A DNA stretch of 64,000 bases from an uncultured Flavobacteriaceae bacterium (GCA_964636665.1 CAZWVT010000001.1:72542-136541); one strand, 5' to 3'; positions 10,299-20,927 are shown, numbered from the stretch's first letter. Notes: generated by a model not told the origin, from the sequence alone. Translations and numbers: made by a program.

Positions 10299-10337
10299 CC
10301 GCAAACACTCATAATTTAAATGTTTGCGGTTTTTTTA
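10299..10337. terminator. Hairpin terminator between tRNA-Ala and the convergent ribE
   Basis: Perfect 9-bp stem ccgcaaaca / tgtttgcgg followed by TTTTTTT and preceded by an A-rich tract, so it could act in both directions. Confidence 0.75.
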
Positions 10338-10378
10338 TTTATAGTTTTATTCGATAATCCTACAATACCTGATAAAAT

Positions 10379-10966
10379 TTACAAATAAGGTTTTACCAAA
10401 TTCTGAACATATTTTCCAATTACATCAAACTCAATATTTACACGACTTCCTACTTTAAAAGTATGAAAATTAGTATGTTTAAGTGTATAAGGAATAATCG
10501 CCACACTAAATGTACCTTTCCTCGAATCTACGACTGTTAAACTTACACCATCAACAGTAACAGAACCTTTTTCTACCGTATTAAATTCCGGATGAGAATG
10601 CTCAAAATAAAAAAGCGTACTTCCGTTTTCATCCTCAATTTTAGTGCATACGGCCGTTCCGTCCACATGTCCCTGAACAATATGTCCGTCCAAGCGATCA
10701 CCTAATTTCATGGCACGCTCCAAGTTGACAACTGAATCTTTGGAAAGGTCAGAAAGATTCGTTTTTTGAAGTGTCTCCTCAATAGCAGTTACTCGATAAG
10801 AATCCTCGAAAATTTCAACTACTGTCAGACAAGCACCATTATGGCAGACGCTTTGGTCAATTTTCAACTCCTTGGTAAAATCAGCAGCTACTGTAAAATG
10901 AATATTTGAACCTTCTTTTTCTATATGCTTTATTCTCCCGATTTCTTCAATAATTCCTGTAAACAT
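10379..10966 (-). CDS. ribE: Riboflavin synthase (alpha chain)
   Basis: N-terminus MFTGIIEEIG and a duplicated lumazine-binding repeat (second repeat GHIVQGHVDG); 195 aa. Confidence 0.9.
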   Translation of the reverse strand: MFTGIIEEIGRIKHIEKEGSNIHFTVAADFTKELKIDQSVCHNGACLTVVEIFEDSYRVTAIEETLQKTNLSDLSKDSVVNLERAMKLGDRLDGHIVQGHVDGTAVCTKIEDENGSTLFYFEHSHPEFNTVEKGSVTVDGVSLTVVDSRKGTFSVAIIPYTLKHTNFHTFKVGSRVNIEFDVIGKYVQNLVKPYL

Positions 10967-10978
10967 TATTGTTTTCTT

Positions 10979-10986
10979 TACATTTG
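10979..10986 (+). promoter_or_regulatory. -7 promoter box TACATTTG upstream of pdxA
   Basis: Matches TAnnTTTG, 36 nt upstream of the ATG at 11023. Confidence 0.4.
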
Positions 10987-10992
10987 TAATTA

Positions 10993-11000
10993 CAAAAATA
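10993..11000 (-). promoter_or_regulatory. -7 promoter box (TATTTTTG on minus strand) upstream of ribE
   Basis: Plus-strand CAAAAATA lies 27 nt upstream of the ribE start, in a divergent arrangement with the pdxA promoter. Confidence 0.35.
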
Positions 11001-11022
11001 ACAATTCTAACGTGCAGTATTT

Positions 11023-12087
11023 ATGAAGGAACAGGAGAAAATTACAATTGGAATAAGTATCGGGGATGTCAATGGCATTGGAGGCGAAATTATTTTAAAA
11101 ACTTTTGAAGATTCCAGAATGTTGGATTTTTGCACGCCGATTATTTTTGGTTCCGTTCGTTTAATTTCTTTTTATAAAAAACATTTAAAATCAGATATAA
11201 ATTTTCACGGCATCGATAATATAAATGAGGTCGTTGCCAATAAAGTAAACGTCTTAAATGTCTGGAAAGAACCTATAGAAATTAAATTTGGAGAAGAAAA
11301 TAATACCGGCGGAGAGTATGCTCTAAAATCTTTAGAATCAGCAGTTAGAGAATTAAAAAACAATAAAATAGATGTTTTAGTAACAGCCCCAATAAATAAG
11401 ACAAATATTCAATCGGAAAATTTTAATTTTCCGGGACATACAGATTATTTGGCCAAAGAATTGGGAGGGGAAAGTTTGATGCTGATGATTTCTGAAGAAC
11501 TCCGTGTCGGATTGCTCACGGATCACGTTCCACTCAAAGAAATTGTTCAACATCTGACAAATGACCATATCGTTAAAAAAATAAATACCATACACAAAAC
11601 ATTAATTGAAGACTTTGGAATTTCCAAGCCAAAAATTGCTGTTTTGGGAATCAATCCGCATACCGGAGACAACGGCGTTATTGGGAATGAGGATAATACC
11701 ATTTTAAGACCAGTGCTTTCGGATATTAAAAAATCGGGAAAATTAGTTTTCGGACCATACGCTGCGGATAGTTTTTTTGGGTCAGACAATTATAAAAACT
11801 TTGATGCAGTAATTGCTTGTTATCACGATCAGGGATTGATTCCATTTAAGACGCTTGCTTTTGGAAAAGGCGTAAATTTCACTGCCGGTTTAAATCGCAT
11901 CCGAACTTCTCCTGATCACGGAACCGCATTTGACATTGCCGGGAAGAATATCGCTCGGGAAGATTCCTTCCGCGAAGCCATTTTTGCAGCAATTAAGATT
12001 TACAGGAATCGGAATGAGTACAAAACTCTTACCTCCAATCCCTTAGAAATAACTCAAAAACGCAGTTCTTCAAAAAAGAGATTCTAA
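11023..12087 (+). CDS. pdxA: 4-hydroxythreonine-4-phosphate dehydrogenase
   Basis: PdxA-family motifs FPGHTDYL, NPHTGDNG and SPDHGTAFDIAG; 354 aa. Confidence 0.9.
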   Translation: MKEQEKITIGISIGDVNGIGGEIILKTFEDSRMLDFCTPIIFGSVRLISFYKKHLKSDINFHGIDNINEVVANKVNVLNVWKEPIEIKFGEENNTGGEYALKSLESAVRELKNNKIDVLVTAPINKTNIQSENFNFPGHTDYLAKELGGESLMLMISEELRVGLLTDHVPLKEIVQHLTNDHIVKKINTIHKTLIEDFGISKPKIAVLGINPHTGDNGVIGNEDNTILRPVLSDIKKSGKLVFGPYAADSFFGSDNYKNFDAVIACYHDQGLIPFKTLAFGKGVNFTAGLNRIRTSPDHGTAFDIAGKNIAREDSFREAIFAAIKIYRNRNEYKTLTSNPLEITQKRSSSKKRF

Positions 12088-12114
12088 AAACAAGTACAAT
12101 TAATAAAATTATTT

Positions 12115-12122
12115 TATCTTTG
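12115..12122 (+). promoter_or_regulatory. -7 promoter box TATCTTTG upstream of the yceD-like/rpmF pair
   Basis: Exact TAnnTTTG, 34 nt upstream of the ATG at 12157. Confidence 0.45.
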
Positions 12123-12156
12123 CCCCCGCCTTATTTTGAGGGGGAGTTAATAAAAA

Positions 12157-12705
12157 ATGGGTGTGGAAATGAAGGAATTGATAGAATTTACAATCCCTTT
12201 TGTGGGACTGAAGATAGGAGAACACCGCTTTAATTTTAAAATCGGCAATACGTTCTTTAAGCATTTTGACTATGATGAATTTGATGATGCGGCAATAAAT
12301 CTGGAGGTAATCCTCGAGAAAAAAAGCACATTATTGGATTTTAATCTAATGTTTGATGGAACTGTAAAGGTTCCGTGTGACCTAACCAATGAATTATTTG
12401 ACCTTTACATTGAAGGCAACTATGAATTTGTTGTAAAATTCGGGGAAGAATACAATGATGAAAATGAAGATATTTTAATTCTGCCTCATGGAAGTCACAG
12501 CGTTAATATCCAACAATTTATATATGAAACTTTAGTTCTTGCAGTTCCTTTGAAACGCATTCATCCGGGAGTGGAAGACGGAACCTTAAAAAGTGATATT
12601 CTCGACAAACTCGAAGAATTGAGTCTAAATGCTGAACAAGAAACAGAAGAATCTAAAGAAAATGAAATCGATCCCAGATGGGACAATTTAAAAAAATTAA
12701 TTTAA
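12157..12705 (+). CDS. YceD/DUF177-family protein
   Basis: Acidic protein of about 180 aa immediately upstream of rpmF, the conserved yceD-rpmF pairing. The start could instead be the ATG at 12169. Confidence 0.75.
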   Translation: MGVEMKELIEFTIPFVGLKIGEHRFNFKIGNTFFKHFDYDEFDDAAINLEVILEKKSTLLDFNLMFDGTVKVPCDLTNELFDLYIEGNYEFVVKFGEEYNDENEDILILPHGSHSVNIQQFIYETLVLAVPLKRIHPGVEDGTLKSDILDKLEELSLNAEQETEESKENEIDPRWDNLKKLI

Positions 12706-12717
12706 TAATTTAAAGTA

Positions 12718-12915
12718 ATGGCACATCCTAAACGAAAAACGTCTAAGACAAGAAGGGATAAAAGAAGAACGCACTACAAAGCTACAGCACCAACCTTGGC
12801 CGTTGATCCAACAACAGGTGAAACACATCTTTTCCATAGAGCGCATTGGCACGAAGGAAAACTGTATTATCGTGGTCAAGTAGTTATCGATGCAACTGAA
12901 ACAGAAGAAATATAA
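12718..12915 (+). CDS. rpmF: 50S ribosomal protein L32
   Basis: N-terminus [21 protein letters not shown] is typical of L32; 65 aa. Confidence 0.9.
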   Translation: MAHPKRKTSKTRRDKRRTHYKATAPTLAVDPTTGETHLFHRAHWHEGKLYYRGQVVIDATETEEI

Positions 12916-12942
12916 TTCTGTATAAAACCCTCTATAAAACAG

Positions 12943-12980
12943 ATGCCTCCTTAAAATCTTGGAGGCATTTATTTTTATTT
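12943..12980 (+). terminator. Rho-independent terminator after rpmF
   Basis: Perfect 8-bp stem atgcctcc / ggaggcat followed by a T-rich tract. Confidence 0.7.
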
Positions 12981-13083
12981 AATTTATTTTATGCTCTTTT
13001 ACCTCATAAAATTGGAATATTTTAGATATTTCAATCTTTTTGAGATAAATTTGAATCTATTATAAGAATTTTAATTCTGTTTT

Positions 13084-14082
13084 ATGAAAAATATTTCTGC
13101 TGCAATTACTGCGTTGGGCAGTTATGTTCCCGACTTTGTTCTTACCAATAAAATCTTGGAAACCATGGTGGATACCAATGATGAATGGATTACTACAAGA
13201 ACAGGAATAAAAGAACGCAGGATTCTTAAAGGTAAAGGAAAGGGAACTTCTTATCTCGCCATCAAAGCAGCTGAAAATTTACTTTCCAAACACAATATCG
13301 ATCCCAAAGAGATTGATATGGTCATCATGGCAACCGCCACTCCCGATATGCCTGTAGCTTCAACCGGAGTTTATGTCGCTACTGAAATTGGAGCTACCAA
13401 TGCATTTGCTTATGACTTAGGCGCTGCATGTTCCAGTTTTTTATACGGAATGTCAACAGCTGCACGATATATAGAATCAGGCAGATATAAAAAAGTACTT
13501 TTAATTGGTGCCGATAAAATGTCATCAATTATTGATTATGAAGATCGTGCAACATGTATTATTTTTGGTGATGGCGGCGGCGCAGTTTTATTTGAGCCAA
13601 ATCACGAAGGACTAGGCTTGCAAGATGAATTATTGCGCTCTGATGGTGCCGGAAGACAATTCTTGAAGATTGAAGCAGGAGGTTCAATTCTTCCTGCATC
13701 TCACGAAACTGTAGCCAACAAACAACATTTTGTGTTTCAAGAAGGAAAAACTGTTTTTAAGTTTGCTGTTTCAAATATGGCAGATTCATGCGAACAAATT
13801 ATGAAGCGAAACAATCTTTCTGAACAAGATGTCGATTGGTTGGTTCCGCATCAAGCGAATAAGAGAATTATTGACGCCACCGCATCACGCATGAATCTGG
13901 ATGATAAAAAAGTAATGATTAACATTCACAAATACGGAAATACCACCTCCGCAACTTTGCCGTTATGTTTGGTGGATTATGAAAAACAACTTCGAAAAGG
14001 TGATAATTTGATTTTTGCATCCTTCGGAGGAGGTTTTACCTGGGGATCTGTTTATCTTAAATGGGCCTACGGGGATTCTTAA
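13084..14082 (+). CDS. fabH: 3-oxoacyl-ACP synthase III
   Basis: KAS III pattern with active-site Cys (GAACSSF), His (VPHQAN) and Asn (YGNTTSA); 332 aa. Confidence 0.9.
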   Translation: MKNISAAITALGSYVPDFVLTNKILETMVDTNDEWITTRTGIKERRILKGKGKGTSYLAIKAAENLLSKHNIDPKEIDMVIMATATPDMPVASTGVYVATEIGATNAFAYDLGAACSSFLYGMSTAARYIESGRYKKVLLIGADKMSSIIDYEDRATCIIFGDGGGAVLFEPNHEGLGLQDELLRSDGAGRQFLKIEAGGSILPASHETVANKQHFVFQEGKTVFKFAVSNMADSCEQIMKRNNLSEQDVDWLVPHQANKRIIDATASRMNLDDKKVMINIHKYGNTTSATLPLCLVDYEKQLRKGDNLIFASFGGGFTWGSVYLKWAYGDS

Positions 14083-14100
14083 CAAATAACTATTAAACGC

Positions 14101-14622
14101 ATGACTAAAATTAGCAATATGAATTTAAAGGACATTCAAAATTTAATCAAGTTTGTAGCTAAAAGCGGAGCAAGCGAGGTTAAACTGGAAACTGAAGATC
14201 TGAAGATTACCATTAAAACCGGATCATCAGACGAAGGTAAAAATATGACTTATATTCAACAAGTTCCGAATATACCTTCACAAGCACAACAAATTATTCC
14301 CGGAACACCGCAAATGCCAACGTCCGAAACACCGGCAAACCAAGAAAAAGCACCTGCTCAGGCAGAGAGTGAACAACCAAAATACATCACCATAAAATCT
14401 CCAATTATTGGAACTTTTTATAGAAAACCTTCGCCTGACAAGCCAGTGTTTGTAGAGGTTGGTGATATCATTAAACCCGGTGATGTTTTGTGTATTATTG
14501 AAGCAATGAAATTGTTCAATGAAATTGAAAGCGAAGTATCCGGTAAAATCGTCAAAGTTTTAGTCGATGATTCATCACCTGTAGAATTTGACCAACCGTT
14601 GTTTCTTGTTGATCCATCCTAA
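14101..14622 (+). CDS. accB: Acetyl-CoA carboxylase biotin carboxyl carrier protein
   Basis: P/A/Q-rich linker and C-terminal biotinyl domain with the EAMKL motif. Directly upstream of accC. Confidence 0.9.
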   Translation: MTKISNMNLKDIQNLIKFVAKSGASEVKLETEDLKITIKTGSSDEGKNMTYIQQVPNIPSQAQQIIPGTPQMPTSETPANQEKAPAQAESEQPKYITIKSPIIGTFYRKPSPDKPVFVEVGDIIKPGDVLCIIEAMKLFNEIESEVSGKIVKVLVDDSSPVEFDQPLFLVDPS

Positions 14623-14669
14623 TTAATAACTATAAATTCTGATTTTACTTATCAGAAATTTTATAAAGT

Positions 14670-16019
14670 ATGTTCAAAAAAATATTAATTGCCAATAGAG
14701 GAGAAATTGCCCTGCGTGTCATTCGAACATGTCGTGAAATGGGCATAAAAACTGTTGCAGTTTATTCGACAGCCGATGAAGAAAGTTTGCACGTAAGATT
14801 TGCAGATGAAGCCGTTTGTATAGGTCCTCCTCCCAGTAATTTGAGCTACCTGAAAATGGCTAATATCATTGCGGCGGCAGAAATTACCAATGCCGATGCC
14901 ATTCATCCGGGTTATGGATTTTTATCGGAAAATGCCAAGTTTTCAAAAATTTGTGCCGAACACGGAATTAAATTTATAGGCGCTTCTCCCGAAATGATTG
15001 AAAAAATGGGAGACAAAGCCACTGCCAAAGCCACAATGAAAGCAGCAGGAGTTCCGACAATTCCCGGAAGTGAGGGAATTCTTCCATCGTATGAAGAAGC
15101 CGAAAAAATTGCCGATGAAATAGGTTACCCTGTAATGCTAAAAGCAACAGCCGGAGGAGGCGGAAAAGGAATGCGTGCCGTTTGGGATAAAAAAGACCTC
15201 AAAAAAGCATGGGAAAGTGCGCGACAAGAAGCGGGAGCTGCATTTGGAAATGACGGTATGTATATGGAAAAACTCATTGAGGAGCCACGGCATATTGAAA
15301 TTCAGATTGTCGGAGACAGCAACGGAAAAGCATGTCATCTGAGTGAAAGAGACTGTTCCATACAGCGCAGACACCAAAAGCTTACGGAAGAAACTCCGAG
15401 TCCGTTTATGACCAAAAAACTTCGAAAAGAAATGGGTGATGCAGCGGTGAGAGCAGCTGAATATATTAAATATGAAGGCGCAGGAACCATAGAGTTTTTA
15501 GTAGATAAACATCGAAATTTCTACTTTATGGAGATGAACACGAGAATTCAGGTAGAACATCCCATTACAGAACAAGTTATAGATTACGACCTAATTCGTG
15601 AACAAATTTTGGTAGCAGCCGGAATTCCCATTTCGGGGAAAGATTATTTTCCACAACTACACGCTATCGAATGTAGAATCAATGCGGAAGATCCTTATAA
15701 TAATTTCCGACCTTCTCCGGGTAAAATTACCGTTTTACACGCTCCCGGCGGTCACGGCATTCGGTTGGACACCCACGTTTATGCGGGATATACCATTCCT
15801 CCGAATTACGATTCGATGATTGCCAAATTGATTACAACCGCTCAAACGCGAGAAGAAGCTATCAATAAAATGAAACGTGCGCTGGATGAATTTGTGATTG
15901 AAGGAATTAAAACCACCATCCCGTTCCACAGACAATTGATGGATGACCCAAATTATCTTGCCGGAAATTATACAACGGCCTTTATGGACGATTTTAAAAT
16001 GCTCCCGCAAGAGGAATAA
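14670..16019 (+). CDS. accC: Acetyl-CoA carboxylase biotin carboxylase subunit
   Basis: [15 protein letters not shown]-terminus, ATP-grasp motifs ([18 protein letters not shown]); 449 aa. Confidence 0.95.
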   Translation: MFKKILIANRGEIALRVIRTCREMGIKTVAVYSTADEESLHVRFADEAVCIGPPPSNLSYLKMANIIAAAEITNADAIHPGYGFLSENAKFSKICAEHGIKFIGASPEMIEKMGDKATAKATMKAAGVPTIPGSEGILPSYEEAEKIADEIGYPVMLKATAGGGGKGMRAVWDKKDLKKAWESARQEAGAAFGNDGMYMEKLIEEPRHIEIQIVGDSNGKACHLSERDCSIQRRHQKLTEETPSPFMTKKLRKEMGDAAVRAAEYIKYEGAGTIEFLVDKHRNFYFMEMNTRIQVEHPITEQVIDYDLIREQILVAAGIPISGKDYFPQLHAIECRINAEDPYNNFRPSPGKITVLHAPGGHGIRLDTHVYAGYTIPPNYDSMIAKLITTAQTREEAINKMKRALDEFVIEGIKTTIPFHRQLMDDPNYLAGNYTTAFMDDFKMLPQEE

Positions 16020-16041
16020 TCAGACATAAACTAATGCATAG

Positions 16042-16089
16042 AAAGCATCATTATTCTTAATTGTTTTTGAGAAATAATGATGCTTTTTG
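16042..16089 (+). terminator. Strong hairpin terminator after accC
   Basis: Perfect stem of about 14 bp (aaagcatcattatt / aataatgatgcttt) followed by a T run. Confidence 0.75.
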
Positions 16090-16150
16090 TTTAAGTTTAA
16101 TTGTATTTTCATCAAACCTATAAAACGTCCAGCGTTTACTATAAAAATTT

Positions 16151-16822
16151 ATGATTGCAAGGATTTTTAGATTTTTCCTAAAGTGTGTGTTATTCTTTAT
16201 AATCCTTAGCGTATTTTGGGTTCTTCTTTATCGATTTGTTCCGGTTCCTTATACGCCTTTAATGGCGATTCGTTCTTTTGAAGATAAAAATTTAACTATA
16301 AAACATGAATGGATTCCGTTAGAATCTATTTCTCCACATCTTCAATTGGCAGTCGTTGCAGCTGAAGATCAAAATTTTTTAATCCATAACGGTTTTGATA
16401 AAAAAGCAATTAAAAAAGCCATTGAACACAATAAATCCGGAAAAAATGTAAGAGGCGCCAGTACCATTTCGCAACAAACTGCAAAAAATGTCTTTTTATG
16501 GCCACAACGTAGTTGGTTACGAAAAGGGCTTGAAGTTTATTTTACGTTTTTAATTGAAAATTTATGGTCGAAAGAACGGATTTTGGAAGTCTATTTAAAC
16601 AGTATTGAAATGGGAAATGGCATTTTTGGTGCTCAAGCTGCTTCAGAATATTGGTTTAAAAAATCCGCAAGTAATTTATCCAAGCAAAATGCCGCCGCCA
16701 TCGCTGCTATTTTACCAAATCCGAGAAAGTATAAAGCACATCCTCCAACCTCTTATATCTCTGGAAGAATCAATTGGATACAACGACAGATGAACAATCT
16801 GGAGACCTTGAATTTCGATTGA
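16151..16822 (+). CDS. mtgA: Monofunctional biosynthetic peptidoglycan transglycosylase
   Basis: N-terminal TM and GT51 motifs EDQNFLIHNGFD and RGASTISQQ, with no transpeptidase domain; 223 aa. Confidence 0.85.
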   Translation: MIARIFRFFLKCVLFFIILSVFWVLLYRFVPVPYTPLMAIRSFEDKNLTIKHEWIPLESISPHLQLAVVAAEDQNFLIHNGFDKKAIKKAIEHNKSGKNVRGASTISQQTAKNVFLWPQRSWLRKGLEVYFTFLIENLWSKERILEVYLNSIEMGNGIFGAQAASEYWFKKSASNLSKQNAAAIAAILPNPRKYKAHPPTSYISGRINWIQRQMNNLETLNFD

Positions 16823-16844
16823 GTATTATTTTAAAATACAGTTT

Positions 16845-17303
16845 ATGGACATAGTAAAATTAAAAGAACAATTACTGGAACATTGTAATAAACAGATCGA
16901 GGAAAGGTATTCTAAAATCAAACAAACCATTGAGATTATTGAAGAGTCATTAATAGAAGAATCAAAAAATTCTGCCGGCGACAAACACGAAACCAATCGT
17001 GCCATGCTTCAGATAGATCGGGAAAATACCGGAAAACAACTTATGGAAATTGAGAAACTACAAGCGTTGTTAAGTCGCATTGATTCTAACGATACTTCAA
17101 ATTACGTCCGCCTTGGAAGTCTCGTCACTACAAATAAGTTTATCTATTTTATGAGTATTTCAACCGGAGGTGTTAAAATTGATAATCAAGAAGTTTTGTG
17201 CATCGCTTTAAATTCTCCAATTGGTATGGAATTAAAAGGCAAACAAGCAGGAGATATTGTCACATTTAACCAACAGCAGATTAAAATTATCAATGTGCAA
17301 TGA
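16845..17303 (+). CDS. GreA/GreB-like protein (coiled-coil N-terminus plus Gre C-terminal-like domain)
   Basis: The helical N-terminal half has a GDKHETNRAM segment resembling the GreA tip motif GDLSENAEY. The C-terminal part (VRLGSLV...SPIGMELKGKQAGDIVTF) is like the Gre C-terminal domain. Confidence 0.55.
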   Translation: MDIVKLKEQLLEHCNKQIEERYSKIKQTIEIIEESLIEESKNSAGDKHETNRAMLQIDRENTGKQLMEIEKLQALLSRIDSNDTSNYVRLGSLVTTNKFIYFMSISTGGVKIDNQEVLCIALNSPIGMELKGKQAGDIVTFNQQQIKIINVQ

Positions 17304-17307
17304 GAAA

Positions 17308-19515
17308 TTACAGCTGCGGTAATTTGATTATTAGCTTTGGGATTTTTTCACTTAATGACAAAAGCCATTTCAACTGTTCTCGTATTAATTGTCGTTCCTC
17401 GATAACATCGGTATTTCCTTTGATTATAGTTTCGTAATGAATTCCGTAGGTTTCATTAAAAACCTCTTGTGTATGCACTGCATCCATTAAGCGTTCTGAA
17501 AGTTCTATTTTACCGGTTAACAAGTTCTCCGATACTTGTAAATTTGAAATTATAGCATCCGAAACCTTTTTAAAATTATCGGAAGCTGCTGTAGTCGGAT
17601 TGGTTAAAATATACGTACTCAGAGATGCTAATGAAGACAAGAAAGTGTGATTCAGCACAACAATTTCATAGACGCGTTCCATATTTTCATGTTGAGATTT
17701 TGGTTCTTGTGTCATCCGTTGGAAGGCGGAACTCAAATTCGACATTTCTAAAAAAGCTTTCTTTCTGCTAACTTTTAATTCCGAAGTCGGTTCTCCTTTT
17801 TTCTGATAAAATGTGATGATGGCTTTCAGATAATTTTTATTTGCCGCAATGGTTTCACTTAATGTTTTTTGAATTCCTTGAATTTCCCACGCCGGCCATA
17901 AAAGTATATTTCCTATAACTGCCAAACTTGTTCCGATTACAGTATCAATGACGCGATATTGAATTACCGAAAATATGTCTGTAGTAAATAAAGCATAGGA
18001 AAATACGACACTCAAAGTAACAAAAACCGCAGCAGCTTTAAAGTTTCGTTGAATCATCGTAAATGAAGTTATCAAGGAAATGACGGCAAGAATGGCATAT
18101 ATCCATACATTTTGAATAAGCAACACGCCTATTACTGCAATAGCGCCACCTAAAAGTGTCCCGATGGTTCGTTCTTGGGATCGTTGCTTGGTCAACCCAT
18201 AGCCGGGGCGCATAATTACGATGATGGTCAGCAAAATCCAATAGGAATTTTGAACTTCAAAGAAATCACCAATTGAATATCCGATAATGGTGATTACTGC
18301 CAATCGCAATGAATGTCGGAAAATTGGTGAGGCAAAATTAAAATTCTCAACAAGTACACGGTGATTGTAACTTTCTTTGGTTAAGAATTTCTGTGCTTCT
18401 GCTGATTTAATAAAAGGAACTTCCTCTGATTTTGTACCTAAAATCAACCATTCTATTTTTTCGATTTTTAAAGCTTGTTCCGATTGATATTTATACAAAT
18501 TCCGAAGCATGGTTGCAGATTCGTAATTTAACTCATTTTCAACTTCATAAGTATCTACGTCTTCCTGCACTTCTTTGAGAAATTCAAATATGCGTGAATG
18601 TTTGCTCAAGCGTTTGGGCGATGATAAATTGTCGGAAATCTCTTTTAGTCTTCGCGACATCTCAAAAAGCAATTGCTGAAAATCAGCCAAATACTTGGGA
18701 TTTTTATCGAAAAAAGTATCTGTTTTTGAATAATTCACCGGATTTGCCATAGCGAGTTCAAGCATGTCAATTAACAAAGCAAAAACCAGTAATCTTTTGC
18801 CTTCATAAACTGATTGACCGGAACCTTTTCGCGTTGAAATTAAAATTTCACGCAAGGTTTCGTGAGTGTCCGTCAATTCAGTTTGAACTACAAGCAATTT
18901 CTTGAACAATTCGTTACGATCGTTGTATTTTGAAGCAAGTTGTCCGCGAATCTTTAAATATTCCGAAGTAAGGTCAAATGTTTTGGAAAGATAATATTCA
19001 GTAGGCATTTTTGGAAAAATCAAATGCCACACATAAACCAAAAACATATACCATACGCCTCCTGTCGCTATTAAAACGGCACGTTCAACGGTTAATAAAT
19101 CTCCGGCAACAGGAGAAAAACTGATTACCAATGCAAACAATCCGGAAAAGCTTACCAAGGAAGCACGAAATCCGTAAACTGAAAGATAAGCGATGCTGAA
19201 AGTTAAAATTCCAATGACGACAACTTGCAATTCAGAAAAATAAATCAAATTACTCCCGATAATGCTCATCAACACAGCAATGACCATAGATAAGAAAACG
19301 CCTGTCAATTTATGGGAAAGACTACCACTCGTATCACTTGGTGATGCCAACATTGCACCCATTGTGATTGCGATTCCATATTGTAGAAAATCAAACAAAA
19401 CACCGAGAATAATAGGTGTAGTAAGGGCTATTCCAATCAAGAATGCTTTGGAAAAATCCGTGCTTCTGACGAAATCTTTTGACTTTTGTTTATAAGTTTT
19501 AATGAATGATTTCAT
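17308..19515 (-). CDS. FUSC/YccS-like integral membrane protein
   Basis: 735 aa with two multi-helix hydrophobic blocks, each followed by a long soluble helical region. This architecture is typical of the fusaric-acid-resistance (FUSC) family. Confidence 0.65.
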   Translation of the reverse strand: MKSFIKTYKQKSKDFVRSTDFSKAFLIGIALTTPIILGVLFDFLQYGIAITMGAMLASPSDTSGSLSHKLTGVFLSMVIAVLMSIIGSNLIYFSELQVVVIGILTFSIAYLSVYGFRASLVSFSGLFALVISFSPVAGDLLTVERAVLIATGGVWYMFLVYVWHLIFPKMPTEYYLSKTFDLTSEYLKIRGQLASKYNDRNELFKKLLVVQTELTDTHETLREILISTRKGSGQSVYEGKRLLVFALLIDMLELAMANPVNYSKTDTFFDKNPKYLADFQQLLFEMSRRLKEISDNLSSPKRLSKHSRIFEFLKEVQEDVDTYEVENELNYESATMLRNLYKYQSEQALKIEKIEWLILGTKSEEVPFIKSAEAQKFLTKESYNHRVLVENFNFASPIFRHSLRLAVITIIGYSIGDFFEVQNSYWILLTIIVIMRPGYGLTKQRSQERTIGTLLGGAIAVIGVLLIQNVWIYAILAVISLITSFTMIQRNFKAAAVFVTLSVVFSYALFTTDIFSVIQYRVIDTVIGTSLAVIGNILLWPAWEIQGIQKTLSETIAANKNYLKAIITFYQKKGEPTSELKVSRKKAFLEMSNLSSAFQRMTQEPKSQHENMERVYEIVVLNHTFLSSLASLSTYILTNPTTAASDNFKKVSDAIISNLQVSENLLTGKIELSERLMDAVHTQEVFNETYGIHYETIIKGNTDVIEERQLIREQLKWLLSLSEKIPKLIIKLPQL

Positions 19516-19572
19516 AAAATAACTACCTCAAAAAAATAGCGTAGTATAAATATCTAAAAAATAATTTACTGC

Positions 19573-20526
19573 TTATACAATTTTCAGCCACTGTTGTGAA
19601 CCGGGTTTGATTTTACTTGAATGTTCAAAATAAAAATCTTGGTCTTTATAGTTCCCATGAACCAAATAATGACTTCCTTTAAAATAATTCTTTTTTATAG
19701 CTGCCGCAAAATGTCCCGATTCTTTATCAGCAATCTTTAGCTGATGGGGAAATTTAATTAAATCTGTCGTTGTCAGTTGCGGAAAAAGTTCACTGCTAAT
19801 TACGTTGTAAATTCCAAAAAGACCGGCTTCTTCCTTTGTTTTTACGCCAAAATACACTTCTTCAGGAGATCCTTGAGTAGAAATTTGTCCGTCTTGGAGA
19901 ATTAAAATTTTATCGGCATAAGAAAGCGCCTCTTCGTTATCATGTGTGGCTGAAATGCAGGAAATATTTTCTTGTTTTAAAAATTGAAACAAATTTTGTC
20001 TCAGTCTAATTTTTTGAACAAAATCGATATTGCTAAAAGCTTCGTCAAGCAGCAATACTTTTGGTTTCTTTGCAAGTGCTTTTGCAATCATAATTCGCTG
20101 TTTTTGACCACCGCTTAGAAATTGCACTTTTTTATCTTTAAAATTCAATAAATCAACCAGGTCTAATAATTCCTCAATCCTCTTTTTCATTTTGTCAGCA
20201 TCGGAAATTGTAAGATGCGTGGCAATATTTTCTGCCACGGTGGCATAATGCAACAAGGTATCTTCTTGGGTGACCATTTTCATGTATTCGGCACCTGGAA
20301 TTAATAAATCCGATGGTCTCGGAACTTTTGATTTTCCGTAATACACAATACCATTTTCCAGCGGAATCAATCCATAGATCAAATAAAGCAAAGTAGATTT
20401 TCCCGAACCGCTCTTTCCGAGGATGCTCACATGCTCACCGGGTGCAACTGAAAATGCTATGTTTTGTAAAAGTGGATTTTTATCAAACGAAAAGGAATCA
20501 ATGCGTATGCTTAACTGCTGAGTCAT
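19573..20526 (-). CDS. ABC transporter ATP-binding protein (single NBD plus C-terminal domain of about 90 aa), no adjacent permease
   Basis: Walker A GKSGSGKST, signature LSGGQKQR, Walker B LLLDEA, H-loop ATHD. Confidence 0.85.
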   Translation of the reverse strand: MTQQLSIRIDSFSFDKNPLLQNIAFSVAPGEHVSILGKSGSGKSTLLYLIYGLIPLENGIVYYGKSKVPRPSDLLIPGAEYMKMVTQEDTLLHYATVAENIATHLTISDADKMKKRIEELLDLVDLLNFKDKKVQFLSGGQKQRIMIAKALAKKPKVLLLDEAFSNIDFVQKIRLRQNLFQFLKQENISCISATHDNEEALSYADKILILQDGQISTQGSPEEVYFGVKTKEEAGLFGIYNVISSELFPQLTTTDLIKFPHQLKIADKESGHFAAAIKKNYFKGSHYLVHGNYKDQDFYFEHSSKIKPGSQQWLKIV

Positions 20527-20529
20527 ATT

Positions 20530-20925
20530 TTATAACGCCAAGATTCCTTCTTCTTCCATCACCGGCAACTCGATGGTATTATTTTCATTGATAGCGCCGG
20601 GATTAAAGATAAATTTTCGTTCATAAATTCGATTATCTATAAAATATGAAATAAGATATTCATTGGTAAAATTTAAAACCTCAGGAGCAATAAATTCTAC
20701 TTTAGACGAACTTTTGGGTGCAATATCTTTAAAGAAATGACGAAGCGTCGAAGTTTTCATCTCTTCACTTTTTCCGCGTGAAAGCACAAATACGGTATGA
20801 ATGGGTTTGTCTAAATTATTAATTAAATAAACATTCCAATGAAGCCCGGTAAAATCTTTATCCCATTCTTTTATTGCAGCTATATGAACGTTTGTCGCTT
20901 TATAAAATACAATATCTTCTTTCAT
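20530..20925 (-). CDS. Hypothetical protein (131 aa), coupled to flanking genes
   Basis: I prefer the ATG at 20925; the track start at 20946 is a GTG. The stop lies 3 nt before the ABC ATPase start, and the start lies 2 nt after the stop of the upstream small ORF. Confidence 0.6.
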   Translation of the reverse strand: MKEDIVFYKATNVHIAAIKEWDKDFTGLHWNVYLINNLDKPIHTVFVLSRGKSEEMKTSTLRHFFKDIAPKSSSKVEFIAPEVLNFTNEYLISYFIDNRIYERKFIFNPGAINENNTIELPVMEEEGILAL

Positions 20926-20927
20926 AA

